A stretch of DNA of 64,000 nt from Pseudovirgaria hyperparasitica (GCA_010093815.1 ML996573.1), one strand, 5' to 3'; positions 25,326 through 38,959 are shown, numbered from the stretch's first letter. The notes: generated by a model from the sequence alone, not told the origin. Translations and numbers: made by a program.

Positions 25326-27105
25326 ATGGACGCTCAGAGCCTGACGATTTACAACCTGCCCTCCGCGAAGCCGAACTGGGACTCGCTCGGCATCTTTTAC
25401 ATCACGTTTGCCGCAGTATGGACGTTTCTTGTCGTTGCCGGCATGATCTTCTGCCTGTACAATCAACGCATGCCGCTGCTGAGGGTCCGCAATCTGCCTC
25501 TCTCGTTCGCTGCCATCACGCTGCTGCACATGTACTGGATCATGGCGCAGCTGGTCTATCCGATCGGCGCGACGATGCCGGCCGTCGCGGCATACGACGT
25601 GCAGTACCTGGTCATGGGCATCGTCTTCCCCCTCGGCATCGCCCTCTTCCACGCCGCCAACTGGCGCTTTCTCCGCGTCGCGCAGCTGCAGCGAAAGCTG
25701 CTTGAGCCGGAGTACAAGCGCAAGAGCCGACGGCACGGGCTCAGCAAGGGCCGCTCGCTGCTCGCCCGATGGCACAATCTGCTGCTCGAGACCAAGGTGT
25801 CGGCGTTTATCGGGCTGGCGATGTTTCTCCAGGTGTCGGCTTGTCTGACGATGTGGGCGGTCTGCCGGAAGTATCACCCCGGGTTCGGCGCGCCGGGGAC
25901 GGAGATCACGGGGTCGAATATCCAGGAGCAATTGACGAATCTGGGTCGGGGGTGGGAGTGGTGGCCGACGGTGCTGTATCAGCTCGTGTGGATGTGGCTT
26001 GTGGCGCCGTACTTGATCTGGAGGGCCTGGGGGATTAATGATACTTTGGGATGGCGTACGCAGACTATCGGGTCGTGTCTTTCGGGGTCAGTACACGTCT
26101 GCTTGCTTGGATGTTTTTGATATGCTAACATGGGCGTTAGTCTCCATGCCGTGCCCATGTTTCTGGTCGCCCTCTACGTGCCCGCCTTCGCAAAGGTGAA
26201 CATGTACCTTGGCCCAAGTCAATGGTAAGCCAGCCGACACAGCTTTAACCAAAAAAAAAAAAAAACCACATACTAACCCCCACCCCAGGATCCATCTCAA
26301 CACCTTCTTCATCGAGATCTTCACCATCTTCATCCCCGTCCGCCAAGTCATCAAGATCTGGTCCCTCGGCAAACAAGTCAGCGACGCCAGCGAAAAGGAC
26401 GACTACCCCTGGGCCGAGCCAACAGTCTACATCCTCCGCCCCAAGCAATCCAGCGACGCCCTCACCGCCGCATCCGAGAAATTCTCCTTCACCGACAGCA
26501 TCGAAAGCTTCAACCAGTTCGACGACATCTTCGGCGCCCACCTCCTCACCATGGGCGCCCTCGAGCGCTTCCTCGGCGAACACCCCCTCCACCTCCAGAC
26601 CTTCTCCGCCTGCCGCGACTTCTCCGGCGAAAACATCATGTTCCTGCGCCGCGTCGCCGAATGGAAAGACACCCTCCCCCAACAAACAGGCAGTCTGCTC
26701 GAAGGCCAGGCCCGCATCGACGCGTACAACGCCGCGCTCGCAATCTACCTCGACCTCATCAGCCCCCAGGACGCAGACTTCCCGCTCAACCTCTTCTCCA
26801 AACAGCTGCTCGCCCTGCAAGCCGTCTTCGAGGACGCCGCGCGCGCGATCCGCCGCGGGCCCCGTGTCGACGTTGTCCTGCCGTTTGACCAGCGCTCGCT
26901 GCACAGCAACGCGGAGCTCTCGCCTAGCATTGAGCCGACGGTCGATTCGCTGGCGGATATCCCGCAGGGGTTTAATTCTGAGGTGTTTGACTCGGCGCTC
27001 GTGTCGATTAAGCGGCTTGTGCTGGATAATACGTGGCCGAAGTTTGTGGTGGAGATGAGGTCGCGGAGTGCGAGTTCGAAGTGCTCGAGCGGGCGGAGTG
27101 TGTGA
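25326..27105 (+). CDS. GprK-type GPCR-like 7TM protein with C-terminal RGS domain
   Basis: Introns 26087-26140 and 26225-26288; several TM helices (RGWEWWP, DTLGWRTQ) followed by RGS motifs FS.RDFSGENIMFL and LV..NTWPKFV. Confidence 0.85.
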
Positions 27106-28054
27106 TGGTGCTTGGGCGGATTGCGGATTGTGGATACGACGCATGGTGTGATATGGGATATGATTGTGTAGGCTTGCACGCTATGCACGACGGGATGTCT
27201 TTGTTCCTTTTGTCATGAACATGAGGGTATCACAACCAACGACCGGCATGTCGATCATGCCAACATCCTCCGGTCGGCAAAGCTGAAACCGACCGACGAC
27301 ACCAGCAAAGAGGTGTGCTCGATTTGGAGAGAACCTCCCAAAGGGAATTCGAAGGAGGGAGAAGGAGAGAGAGAGAGACAAACAGACGTCGAAACGAGGC
27401 CGTCTGCAAAGTCACACAGCAAGACTCTGTAAACAACACAATGTGTAAATTAATATCATAATGGCTTAATGGGATAATGGTATTTGGCATGGACGAGATT
27501 ACGTCTAGATAAGACAGAGATGTAGAGATAGACATGTATCAATTAGAGCGCGCATATATGAAGAAATCAGACAAACGAACTCTAGATACTTTGACTTTGT
27601 GCTTACGGTGATTTGTGTGATGCGTGCTTGACCTTTGGGATGTATCAGTGATATGGGGAAAGAATTTGTGTTTCATCTCTTTGGATTACTGATAGATTCT
27701 AGATTATGATACCCAGTCTACAAGGTAAGTGCTCTGTGCGTTGTTTTGGAAGAATGGGAAGATTTTGTTTATTTGTCTAGCGGGCAAGAGCTACGTAAGG
27801 GGCAGGAGCGACATAGGAGGCAAGAGCTGGTATCTCACACTGTTGAGCGAGTGTGTATGTAGTTCCAGTCACGTGTCCTAATTGCTGCTGTCTCTCATAT
27901 AGAACTACCTAACCTACCTTGATGCCGACGGCTCTAGTTTGATATCTACCTTATGCCCTTTGACTGACGCACATGTCAACTACCTCACCACCTCGCACGT
28001 CCCATGCCAGCCTACAACTCTATCACAAACCTCCATCCCCTTGCCCCTTACCCC

Positions 28055-29203
28055 TCAGACCATCCTCGTCGGAATCCCATCCTGCGTCCAAAACACCATG
28101 CCATGCCTCAGCCACGCCGCATACGTCCCCTCACCAACATCACTCCCCTCGTTATCGCGCCACAAAGAGCCCAGCGTCTCGCCTAGCACACTCACGATCA
28201 ATCCATGGGCCAGCTTGAATGCGAAACTGCGGGAGAGGCAGCTTTCTACGATTGTGCGGGCGTGGGCGTGGTCTTCGTCTTCTTCCTCGTCTGCACCCGG
28301 GAGACGCAGACTCAGCAGGGCATAGGCGCGCGGGCCGGACCAGGACGTGAATTCGTTGATGAGCTGCGAGTGTTCCGTGTAGTCGGGCGCGTAGACGTGT
28401 GTACGGACATATGCAGGCCCGTCCCAGGCATCATCGCCTGCATCGACGCTCTGCATGACATGCTGCATGACGCGGCCCTGCGCGATATAGTCCTCCAGCC
28501 GAGCCTTGACGTCCGGCGAGAACGCACCGTCCCAGGGCGGCAGGCCAGCGAGCAAGGGGCTATCGCGCATCCCAAGCGTGCTATCCCTGCCGCCGTTTTC
28601 GGCCCAGAGACGCAGGAAGAGGGTGTGGCAGCGGGCGAAGAAGGGGTTTAGCGGAAGGGCGGCGAGGAAGTAGTTTGTCAGGCCGGAGGGGCCGGCGTTG
28701 AAGGAGAGGGTTGTAAAAGGGGAAGACGGGTCTGCGATGGTGGACGACCAGAGACGGTCGAGGTCGCCGATGAGCATGAGGCCGACATCGGCGTAGACGC
28801 CGCCGTGGGCGAGCAGGAGGGGCCAGCGGACGAGGTCGGAGTAGTGCTGCTGGGCGTACGGGCCTGTGAGGGTGCCGTTGAGGAAGGCGGTGGGGAAGTT
28901 GGAGGGGGTTAGGGGGACGAAGGCGGAGATGTGGGATGGCGAGGAGGGCACGCTGCGGTCGAGGACGCGGATCGTCCAGCCGTGCTTGGAGAGACGACGA
29001 TGCCAGGCGCGGACGGTGCGTTGGGCGTAGGGGTGCATGGTTGCGTAGCCGGTGTTCCAGTAGAACCAGATGTTTTTGGGCGAGGTGACGGGCGGCGGGT
29101 TGAGGATTGCGGCGTCGATTTCGGAGTCGGGGCGGAGGTCGAGGAGATGGTGCGGGATGGCATGGACGCCGGGAGGTATGGGGTAGTCATCCGGATATGG
29201 CAT
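28055..29203 (-). CDS. Capsule-polysaccharide-synthesis-like glycosyltransferase (GT32-related, DxD type)
   Basis: KNIWFYW, QHYSDLVRWPLL..HGGVYADVG, NYFLA, KLAHG; first ATG at 29203. Confidence 0.85.
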   Translation of the reverse strand: MPYPDDYPIPPGVHAIPHHLLDLRPDSEIDAAILNPPPVTSPKNIWFYWNTGYATMHPYAQRTVRAWHRRLSKHGWTIRVLDRSVPSSPSHISAFVPLTPSNFPTAFLNGTLTGPYAQQHYSDLVRWPLLLAHGGVYADVGLMLIGDLDRLWSSTIADPSSPFTTLSFNAGPSGLTNYFLAALPLNPFFARCHTLFLRLWAENGGRDSTLGMRDSPLLAGLPPWDGAFSPDVKARLEDYIAQGRVMQHVMQSVDAGDDAWDGPAYVRTHVYAPDYTEHSQLINEFTSWSGPRAYALLSLRLPGADEEEDEDHAHARTIVESCLSRSFAFKLAHGLIVSVLGETLGSLWRDNEGSDVGEGTYAAWLRHGMVFWTQDGIPTRMV

Positions 29204-31782
29204 TGCGGGAGTGTCTCGGTCGTGATGGTGATGGACCTTGGTGTTACGTGTATGCTTGCTTGTATACGAGGTTAGAGGGGTTGAGCGCAAAGATTCGATG
29301 GCAGACGCGATACTCTTAGCTCTTTCTTTGCGTGTAAATTGACCTGTAGATTAGAGAATCCCGTTTTATATCATTTCGAGTTGTGCCATACTGCAAAAGT
29401 ATGGATAGACGTGAGGTGTTGGATGACTAAGGTACGAATACTCACGATGATTCATCCTCGCCAAGGCATCAATCAAGGCAGCCTTGGTGTACTAGTACGG
29501 TAGATTGGAAGCGGCTGACTAACCAACATTGGCCTCAGGCTGCTACATGCTGACTCCAGAAAGGGCAAGGATGATGTACGGTATTCTAGCTTCGTAGATG
29601 CGAACTGAATTACAGCTGTGGAATCGTAGACCTGGCTATAAGTAGTATAATTAGTCTATTGAACCCCAAGTACATCTCTGGCCAGTTGCTGGGCATGGAT
29701 CGAGACTGAGAGGTGTACATCGAAGATAGCTTTGCGTGCTATGAGCGTCGGGACTATAGATGTGAGAGACGAGTAGAACAGATGGTGGTGTGAATGCGAT
29801 ATGTAAAGTGTATCCATGCACGTGATGACAAGGACGAGTGCATAATTAGACGATGAGCAGTTTTGACGAGGTTGCTTCGAGAAGGCTGCGTAAATGTCAT
29901 ACTGGTGGACGAGAATATACGCCGATATACCACACGGGCCACGAGCAAGTCTTGTCGTCGAAATTAAAAGTGGGAATGTGGACCAGGCGAGGAATTGTCG
30001 AGTTGAGTACAGGAGTGACGCCACGACCACGGGCATTCAGCGCACGCACCGTGACGAGAACAAGTCGCGATAAGAAAGCCTCGATCCCGCTGTGGTGGTC
30101 AGTGTGAGCATGTCTATCGTGGTGAGTGGGTGGTGCGCGAGATGGCGAGCGAAAAGGGACGGAACAGCCCAAAGCAGGTGAGCCGGACTCTATTTCAGTT
30201 CGCAATTCGGATGAAAGAGGTACAGTAGAGTAGATGTGGCCTCTGGCGCATCTGGATGTTCTGGTTTGTTGACGTGTTGTTCACTCCGGACGTCTGCGGA
30301 CAGCACCTCGTCTCCAGCATTCAAGACAGACGCAAGTCGGAAGATGGCATGATCCAAACAGCAGAGAGCAGGTTGACATAAAGGGTTTAGATAGGGTAAT
30401 AGCTGTCTGCAAGAGTCCGGGGTAGAGACGACGAGGAGAGAGCACGACACTCTGCGGAGGAAAAGGTGTGACGGACAGTGCAGACAGTAGTTCAAGTGTA
30501 TATAGTGGAGTGTAGTTTGTAGTGTACATACTGTAGTAGGTAGGCAGCCCCACATGAACGATTCGTGTGCCTGTTCGGTGTACCTGATCTGTGTAAGGAT
30601 GAAGGTCGCGGACAAGGGACGAAAGCGGACAGTCACATCGACATACATATAATAGGTGATGGGATGCTTGGATGCTTGGATGCAAGGATAGAGGACTAAG
30701 ATAGAACAACGAGGTGTTGGAGGAGGAATGGAGAATTGACAGGTGAACAGTCGGATGAAAGATGACGATGTTTTGTATGATTTATTACACATCCAGTTGA
30801 TATGCCGGAGATCGGGCGGGGATGACGAGGTGCAGGTGTATTACAGCATGGCCAGCGTATCCTGGATCACGAGGCTGCACTACCCCTGACGTTTTGTGGA
30901 GAGCCAGCAGACGCCGGCGCTTCATGGAGGGTTTTTCCAGCAGCTTTTGTTACTTTAGTGCGCGCCACGACAGACGAATCGAGGGCAGTTGATCATACTA
31001 CGCGTGGTGGCAGACAGTTGTGTGAGTGTGTGGAGAGTGGAGAGTATCAATATGAGGCTGGACATGTGAGTGTAGATGGTCAGCCAAGCAATGGCTAATA
31101 AGATGAGCAGGATGAGGTCTTGCATTGAGAGCGTCAATAAGAATGGGACAATCAGCATCCTGCTTTCTGACCGGGGGGGCGGCAAGGCTGGTGGTGGTGG
31201 TGTGTGGTGGTAGGATGACGGGCAGGGCTTGATTTACCGACGAGCCAACCAGACCGCCAGAGGTTGACAAAGCCAAGTCCGTCTCTACCAGCAACCATCA
31301 ACCATCATCCTCCTCACTGGACAGCAACAAGCATTGCAGCTGCAGTGAGAGAATGAATCCTTTTGATCTCTGATGCTTGAATCCTTTCATCTTTGGATCG
31401 TGCAGCTGCAAGACAATGGCTGAAAAGACGAGAGAGTCGATATATGCTGACCTACACAGGGATTGCTTGATACCGTGGATACACATGCCTGCTCCCGGTC
31501 ATGATTCGAGTCAAGGTACATACAAGTAGACGGAGATGGAGAGTGGATATTGGCCAAGCAAGTAGAACAGCATCATGTGCGTGAATATGCAGCATCATAC
31601 ATGACTTCCTCTGCACATCCATGCTACAAGACGTCTGCCGTGCGGACTCTTCTCTCCTTCACTCGCTGTCGTCATTCCTTCTACCCTCTTCCTAGACTTT
31701 CTCTTTTTCCTTTCTCTGCCAACTCTCCACCGTCCGGCCACACACTACAAGAGACTCTCTCTATCCCCTAGATGAGGCAGCA

Positions 31783-33338
31783 ATGGCTCCTGGAAACAAT
31801 GCTGGAAACGTCAAATGGGTCGAGGTGAGACCTGCTGACTTACCCCGGACTCCAGCCAAACATTGTGCTGACCACAACCTTGCAGGGCCTTCGCGGCATC
31901 GCCTCGTTCCTAGTCATCTGTACTCACCTTGCTCGTGCCTTTGACTACGATTTGTTCTACCCCAGCGACTGGGATACCGAAAAGGACGTGCCTATCGAAC
32001 AGCCGCGTCTCCTACAGCTCCCCATCTTTAGACTCCCATGGCAAGGCCGCATATCCGTCACCATCTTTGCCTTTCTCACCGGCTTTGTCTGCGCCCTGAA
32101 GCCTCTCCGTCTGGCTCGCCAGGGAAACTACTCGAGCGCCTACACTGCCGTCGCCAAGTCTGCCTTTCGTCGGACCCCGCGTCTCATTCTTCCTGCTACA
32201 ATCGCGACATGCATAGTCTGGAGTTTGGCTCAGATGGGCGCCTTGACGGTCGGCAGTCGCTGCGACTCCTCCTGGATGCGCCTGTCCTGTCCAAAAACCC
32301 TGCCAACCCTGCGAGAAGAGTTTTGGCGCCTGTTTGTGAATCTGCGCATGACCTGGACTTATGAATTTATGGCATATGACCACCATCAATGGGCGCTGCT
32401 CCCTCTGCTCAAGGGATCCTTCATTGTCTATCTCACGCTCGTTGCGACGATAAAACTAAAGTTCCAGTATCGCATGATGCTGTACACCCTAATGTACGCC
32501 TATTTCTGGCAAAACGCCCATAAACATACCGGTAAGCACTGCCTGCAGACCCTGTCGCTGATCCCTAGCAGCCCTGATTCCCCGCCTTGTGGGAATCTTT
32601 CTATGGGGCGGCCCACGTCTAGTCCACGTGTCAGGCACACTGTCATCATTAGCTTACCACTCTCTACCAGAAACCTTTGGCATGCAGGTCTACTTTGGCA
32701 TGTTCCTCTGCGACCTCGCCAACGAGCCTTGGGCCCAAAAACTCTGCACCCACCGCTGGCTGTCGAAGCTGGTGTCGCCAGCACTCATCTTCCTTGGACT
32801 CTATGTCGCCTCCTACCCTGACGGTCTGCCGGACCGTGTCGCGACACAACCCTGGAGCGCTCAGCTGCAGTACTTTGCAACCTACATCTTCCCCGAGGGA
32901 GAGGACCTCAGTGTGCAGAAGCGATACACCGCGCTCGGTGTCGACCTCGTATGCATCGGCATATGGCTCTCCCCCCATATCAAGGAGTGGCTGTCGTGCA
33001 GGTTCCTCATGTACCTGGGCAGGTCGTCGTTTGCCGTATACCTCATCCACGGCACCCTCATGCGCACCGTCCTCATGTGGATGATCTATGGTGTGTCCGG
33101 CCAGCCCTGGGAGCTGATGACGAACCAAGAGACGGGCGAGGAGTATCCGAAAGACTACCTGCACCCCTACGGACCGTGGGTCTTTTACTTTGCCATTCCC
33201 GTCTGGATCGGCCTCGTCTACGTGTGTGCGCACATGTGGACCGAATACGTCGACTCATGGTGCGACCGTGTGGTGCGCAAGCTGGAAGACACGGTGCACG
33301 AGACCGAAGAGAAGGACGGCGGGCTCCTCGGCCATTGA
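31783..33338 (+). CDS. Acyltransferase family 3 (OafA-like membrane O-acyltransferase)
   Basis: Introns 31825-31885 and 32532-32670; WVEGLRGIAS...H, F..LTGFV, FRR.PRL, YLGRSSFAVYLIHG. Confidence 0.88.
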
Positions 33339-33950
33339 GTGATGACTGATTGATACAGCGATACCCATCCATGCATATCCATTCCACGCGAAACTCATTC
33401 CACAACTTTTTTTTTCCCACGCGCGGCAATAAATTATTATTTTCAGGCTTTTTTCGGTTTGGCCTTTTGCGACGGAGCGGCGGCACACCACTCGGAGTTT
33501 CTGATGCACGGCTTGCTGTCTTTGATGCATGACCTGCGAATACTGGGCAATCATGGTTTGGTTCGGACACGAGGCTTCGGTCCGGGCTTGTACATACTAC
33601 ATAGAAGACTGATGGTGCAGGAGTCTAGAGAGAGAGAGAGAGAGGTACATCAGCTACGCGGGACGCGGTCCCCTATTAATATGTTACGGAAGTAGACGAC
33701 AGTCGGTCTACGCTTGTTCTTGTGTCTGCCTAGACGAGTTATATGTGAATGCGCGGTTGAATTGGCCTGTCAGTGAGACGACGGCATGTTCGTGGGACTA
33801 TGCCTGGGCAAACAAGTCAACCAAAACCTCCTCCACCAACAGCAACACCCAACAGCGCAAACCACGCACAAATCGCCAAAAAGATAAAACCTCCTCTAAC
33901 TCCAAGCCTCATACATGTGTAACTAACCCCCTTTCTCTAGCCCTCCTTCT

Positions 33951-34217
33951 CTACCCGCGCATCCACCCTCGAAGCCTCAGCCGACCCACCCACCACCACC
34001 CCTCCCCACCCTTTTTCTTCAAACCACCACCACCATTATCCTTCTTCTTGGTAGCAGGATATGCCTTGGAAGTCCGGAAGTGAATGTACCACACCAGCAC
34101 GCAGAGCGTCGTGAGGCCGATGTAGACGAGGAGGAGGGTGAGGAGTGGCGAGGCGTTGGCCTGTATTGAGAGGAGGGCGGCGGGGGTGAGGATTGGGCGG
34201 AGGAATTCCCAGGCCAT
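33951..34217 (-). CDS. Small single-pass membrane protein, unknown function
   Basis: 88 aa from a good-context ATG (aaaATGG); one hydrophobic helix followed by a Lys-rich tail. Confidence 0.55.
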   Translation of the reverse strand: MAWEFLRPILTPAALLSIQANASPLLTLLLVYIGLTTLCVLVWYIHFRTSKAYPATKKKDNGGGGLKKKGGEGWWWVGRLRLRGWMRG

Positions 34218-34787
34218 TTTCTTTCTTGGTGGTTTGGATGTTGAGGGAGGAGAGGGTAGATGGTTGCTTGCTTTACAGTGTGGTTGATTGATGGATTGGG
34301 TGTGTATATAGGCACTGTAGACACGCATGCATGGAGGCTTGATATGTATGTATATACTGCTACGACGACAACAACGTCCTGCAACAATTCCGACTAGGAT
34401 ACTTCCAACTCATGCTGTTCCAGCCGCGTTTCGCACGCGTGACAGACTGGACAGGGCTGTGATTTCACGTAAGACGGGCGTGTGGGCTCGGGTATGTGTA
34501 CTATAGCATGGGTCTGGATATCGTATAAGTGTATACATACCAGGAAGCGATGTGATACTTCTCTTTATCATGGCATATGCAGATGTGATATGTAGGGAGA
34601 GTCGGCATGGCATGCAACGGCGGCTAAACCCTAAACGGCTAGCCGGACTAGCTCTAGCGCCGCTTTCCAACGGTCCAGTCATGACGCTTGCAAATCGGTG
34701 CTGATTTTCCGCCCTGTCTGTCTGTCAACCAAAAGAGTCCTCACACGCCGACCGACATCAAACATTGAACATCTCGACGCACTCGCC

Positions 34788-36112
34788 ATGGCCTCCGCTC
34801 CGCACGCACGGCGCCTGACTGCTGGTGTCCTGTCAGCATCCTCATCCTCATCCTCACTCCTACAATCCTCCTTCACACGCCGCCGATGCTTCGCCACCAC
34901 GCTCCCCGAACCCGCCGTAAAGCCACAATCACAACCACAACCACAACCATCATCCCGACCGGCGACATCATTCAGCAACAAGCTCAACGCAGGGCCCAAG
35001 TTCGGCGACTTTGTCAGCGGCAAGGAGGAAGCCCTGACGCCGGACGATGCGCTGGAGCTGCGCACCGCAATGGTGGGACCGGAGGGCAGAAAGAAGCAGA
35101 TTACGAGACTGCCGGCGTGGCTGAAGACGCCGATTCCGAATAATGACAACTATAAGAAGATCAAGAAGGATTTGCGGGGGCTGAACTTGCATACCGGTAT
35201 GTTGTCCAGGGCTGGCGTTTCTCAGACCCGTATCAATGTTGCTAATCCGCGAGTGTAGTCTGCGAGGAGGCCCGATGCCCCAACATCTCAGACTGCTGGG
35301 GCGGCTCGGACAAGGCCGCGGCAACGGCAACAATCATGCTCATGGGCGACACCTGCACGCGCGGCTGCCGCTTCTGCTCCGTCAAAACCGCAAAAGCACC
35401 GCCTCCCCTCGACCCGCACGAGCCAGAGCACACGGCCGAGGCCCTCAAGCGCTGGGGCCTGGGCTACGTCGTGCTCACCTCCGTCGACCGCGACGACCTC
35501 GCCGACGGCGGCGCCCGCCACTTCGCCGAGACAATCATGAAGATCAAGCAAAAGTCCCCGTCCACGCTCGTCGAGGCCCTGACGGGCGACTACGCCGGCG
35601 ACACGGACATGGTGAGGCTCGTCGCGCAGTCCGGCCTGGACGTGTACGCGCACAACGTCGAGACGGTCGAATCGCTTACCCCTTCCGTGCGCGACCGCCG
35701 CGCCACCTTCCGCCAGAGTCTGGACGTCCTCCGCACGGCGAAACTGGCGCAGCCGGGCCTCATCACGAAGACTAGCATCATGCTCGGCCTGGGCGAGAAG
35801 GAGGACGAGCTCGTGGATGCGCTGCGCGAGCTGCGCAATGTCGACGTCGATGTCGTTACGTTTGGGCAGTATATGCGGCCTACGAAGCGCCATATGAAGG
35901 TTGAGGAGTACGTCACGCCCGCTGTGTTTGACATGTGGCGTCGGCGCGCGCTGGAGATGGGGTTCTTGTACTGTGCTAGTGGGCCGTTGGTGCGCTCGAG
36001 TTATAAGGCTGGTGAGGCGTTTATCGAGAATGTACTGCGGAAGCGAGCGCTGCACAGGCCGGATGTTGCTGTCGCTGCCGCGGAGGCGGGATTGGCGAGG
36101 AAGGAGCTGTGA
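34788..36112 (+). CDS. LIP5: Mitochondrial lipoyl synthase (radical SAM)
   Basis: Intron 35197-35258; [13 protein letters not shown] and CTRGCRFC clusters, [16 protein letters not shown]. Confidence 0.97.
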
Positions 36113-36359
36113 GGGCTTGTTTTTTGGGGGATTTTGGGGGAGAAAACATGAGTTGGGATTTGTTGCGTACTATTACTACGTACATTTGCATGCATGCATT
36201 CAACACGGCGCGTTATAGAGGGCTTGGGATACGATACACTGGCGTTGCGGTCTATATTCGTACTAGAGACTAGGGGGTCGAAGTCGTTCAGGCGTTTGTA
36301 ACCCGTGCTACTACTACCAGCTAGAAAGGGGCTGCTCAGACTACCTTCAACATCTGCTG

Positions 36360-36430
36360 TATATACTTTATACTTTATACTTTACACTTCATACTTCATA
36401 CTTCATACTTCATATTTCATACATTATACT
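36360..36430. repeat. Heptamer microsatellite (TATACTT/CATACTT)n
   Basis: Tandem 7-mers visible between the convergent LIP5 and phosphatase 3' ends. Confidence 0.8.
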
Positions 36431-36496
36431 TCACCCCTCAAAAACACAACACACATACACCACACACCATACACCCCCAACCAACCGACCAATCAA

Positions 36497-38569
36497 TCAC
36501 CCAGCACACATGCCCACAATCCCACCCCCATCCCTCCCCACAAGCCCATCCACATACCCCAGAAACACATCCACGTCCAGCATATCCACCCGTCCGAGCG
36601 CCGGGTGCGCGCTGCGGAAGATCCGCCCGCCCCAGAGGATGCGCAGATATCTCTTGTCCGTGCCATCCTCCTCTGCTTTGGCCTCGTCCTTCTTCTCCTC
36701 CTTCTTCTCTTTATTCTCCTTATTCTTCTCTTTCTTCTTCTCCTTCTTCTCTTTATTCTCCTTCTCCTTCTTCTTCTCCTCCTTCTCCTTCTCCTTCTCC
36801 TGACCCGCATACCGCTCGCCCTGACCCCCACGCCCACGCTCCCCATCCCCATCCGCATCCCCATCCCCACGCCCACGCCCACGCCGCCCATAAACCTCAA
36901 AAACAACCTCACTCCCCATCCCAGGCCAAACCATGACGTCGACCTGCAACAGCGCCAGAAGACGGGCTATACTGCCGTCGTGCGCGACGTTATGTCTGTA
37001 TATGACATTACTCCCTCCCTCAGCTTGACGATTACTAGTAGTAGTCCTTCGCCGCCGGCTTGCACCGTCACTCTCCCGGATATGCAGCGCCAGCTCAGCA
37101 AGCCAGAGCCCGAACGAGGCGGCGCTGGCGTGTAGACTTTCGGGCGCGTCGCGGTAGATGTAGGAGTATTCGAGTTGGGCGAGGCGGAAGATTGTGTTTG
37201 CTTGGGCTTGGGTTGTGCAGATTTCTTCGCCTGCCCGCTTTCCATCCCCTTTCCCGTTCCCGTTCCCTTTTGCATCCCCTTCGCCGGCATGCCCACCACC
37301 AGCACCACCACCATCATGCCCACCAGCATGCCCAGCACCACCCCGACAAGGCAATCCCCGCGCATGACACGTCCGCGCCGAGAGATTATCAAAATAATGA
37401 TCCCAGGAGCGATGCCACGCGGCGTCATCCGCCGATACACCGGACACGGCGTCCAGAGCAGCGAATAGCGAGGCTGAAGCAGCGAGATGCGGTGTCCAGG
37501 ACGGGTGCGCGCTGCCGATGGCGTAGGACGCGGATGCGGATGATGCGGCGGGGCAGGGGTATGTTGGTTCGAGGGAGTCTGTTGCGGAGGGGGCGAGGAG
37601 GAGGGGGTAGGGGGTGGAGTTGGTGGAGTTGGTGGAGTTGGTGGAGTTGGTGGAGTTATGGAGAGAGGGAATCAAGCTGCGCGTGAGCATGCCCGCGACT
37701 TGGGATGTAATTACGTTGGCCGTGACGCGGACGGATATGCTGCTGCTCTCTGCATCATCATCATCGGTAGCATTAGCAGGAGGGAGGAAGCCGAGCAGGT
37801 CGCCGTAGACGCCCCAGAGGTCGAGGCCGTGCTGGTAGGAGTCCTCGAGGCCGCCGCGGGTGATCTGGGGGAATTGGCAGGTGCTGTTGTTGGGGCTGCG
37901 CGGGGAGAAGGGGTTGATGGGGGATTTGTCGAGGGACCAGTATGTTTGTGCGGAGGGGATTGAAGTGGGGTTCAGGGGCTGGGCGTAGGAGAAGAGGGCT
38001 TCGTTGGTGCAGGACCAGGGGGTTGGGTCGTCGGGGAAGGTGTTGTCGGCGTAGGGGGTGCGTTTGTGGTGGCGGTGGATCTGGTTTGTTTAGATATCAT
38101 TCTTGATGTGGTTTGTTTTGCTTTGCTTTGCGGTAGAAGCGGGAAATGTGTTATAGAGCGTCCCGACACGACCAAGCACACTCACCACTTCGACATACTG
38201 CAACTCATACTCCGCGCTCGCAACCGGATACTCCTCCTTCCGCACATGCGGCATATTGCACCAGTTATACGTCCCATACTCCACACCCTCCGGCAGCTCA
38301 CTCCCGCTAAACACAAACCCGTTCGTCCCTTCATCACCCATAACCCGCCCCAAGTCATTGATCCACGTCTTGTTCGGCGGATACCACGCCACACCAAGAC
38401 TGGACGAATTACCTACAGCAACGCCCTGCACGGCGGCGAACAGAGCAGGCATCAGTGCCGGCGCAACATAGCCGTACAAGAACATGGCGAGAGACGTGAC
38501 GGAGACGAAGACGGCGGAGAGAGCGAGACTCAGACAGATATAGCCGGGGACATGGTTCCGGCCGGACAT
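36497..38569 (-). CDS. Histidine acid phosphatase family protein, secreted or membrane-anchored, with low-complexity insertions
   Basis: Intron 38081-38185; YNWCNMPHVR, catalytic IHRHHKRTP, CQFPQIT and AHDGS; frame open into the 36497-37690 ORF. Confidence 0.88.
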
Positions 38570-38959
38570 GGCATCTTGGGATGATTAGGACCTTCCTGAA
38601 AGCGAGGCTGTGGAGATGACTTGGCGAGCTTGGTCCATGGATGATGAGGATGGATGGATGGTCTTTAAGGTCGATGTTGATATTCGTCGTTTGCCTAGAA
38701 CCTGACTCTCTTGGCATTCGGATGTCGCGCTATGTCTCCCCCACCCAAATTTACGTAAGACGGACATATTCTAGCATTTTATCGTATACTTATTACTATA
38801 TAAGGTCTAAATATATATATACTATCGAATATTAGTTAATATACTTAGTATTAAGTCTACACGTATTTTTTTTACCTATATACCCTTCTCTAGGTTAAAA
38901 AAACCCGCTTAAAGCGTTTAGTTTACGATAGACGCGTTAGTTAAATCTTCTCCTTCTTC

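Noticed and set aside
29300..31700. Possible spliced gene between the GT and the acyltransferase
   Set aside because: Isolated splice-like signals, but no coherent protein could be assembled.
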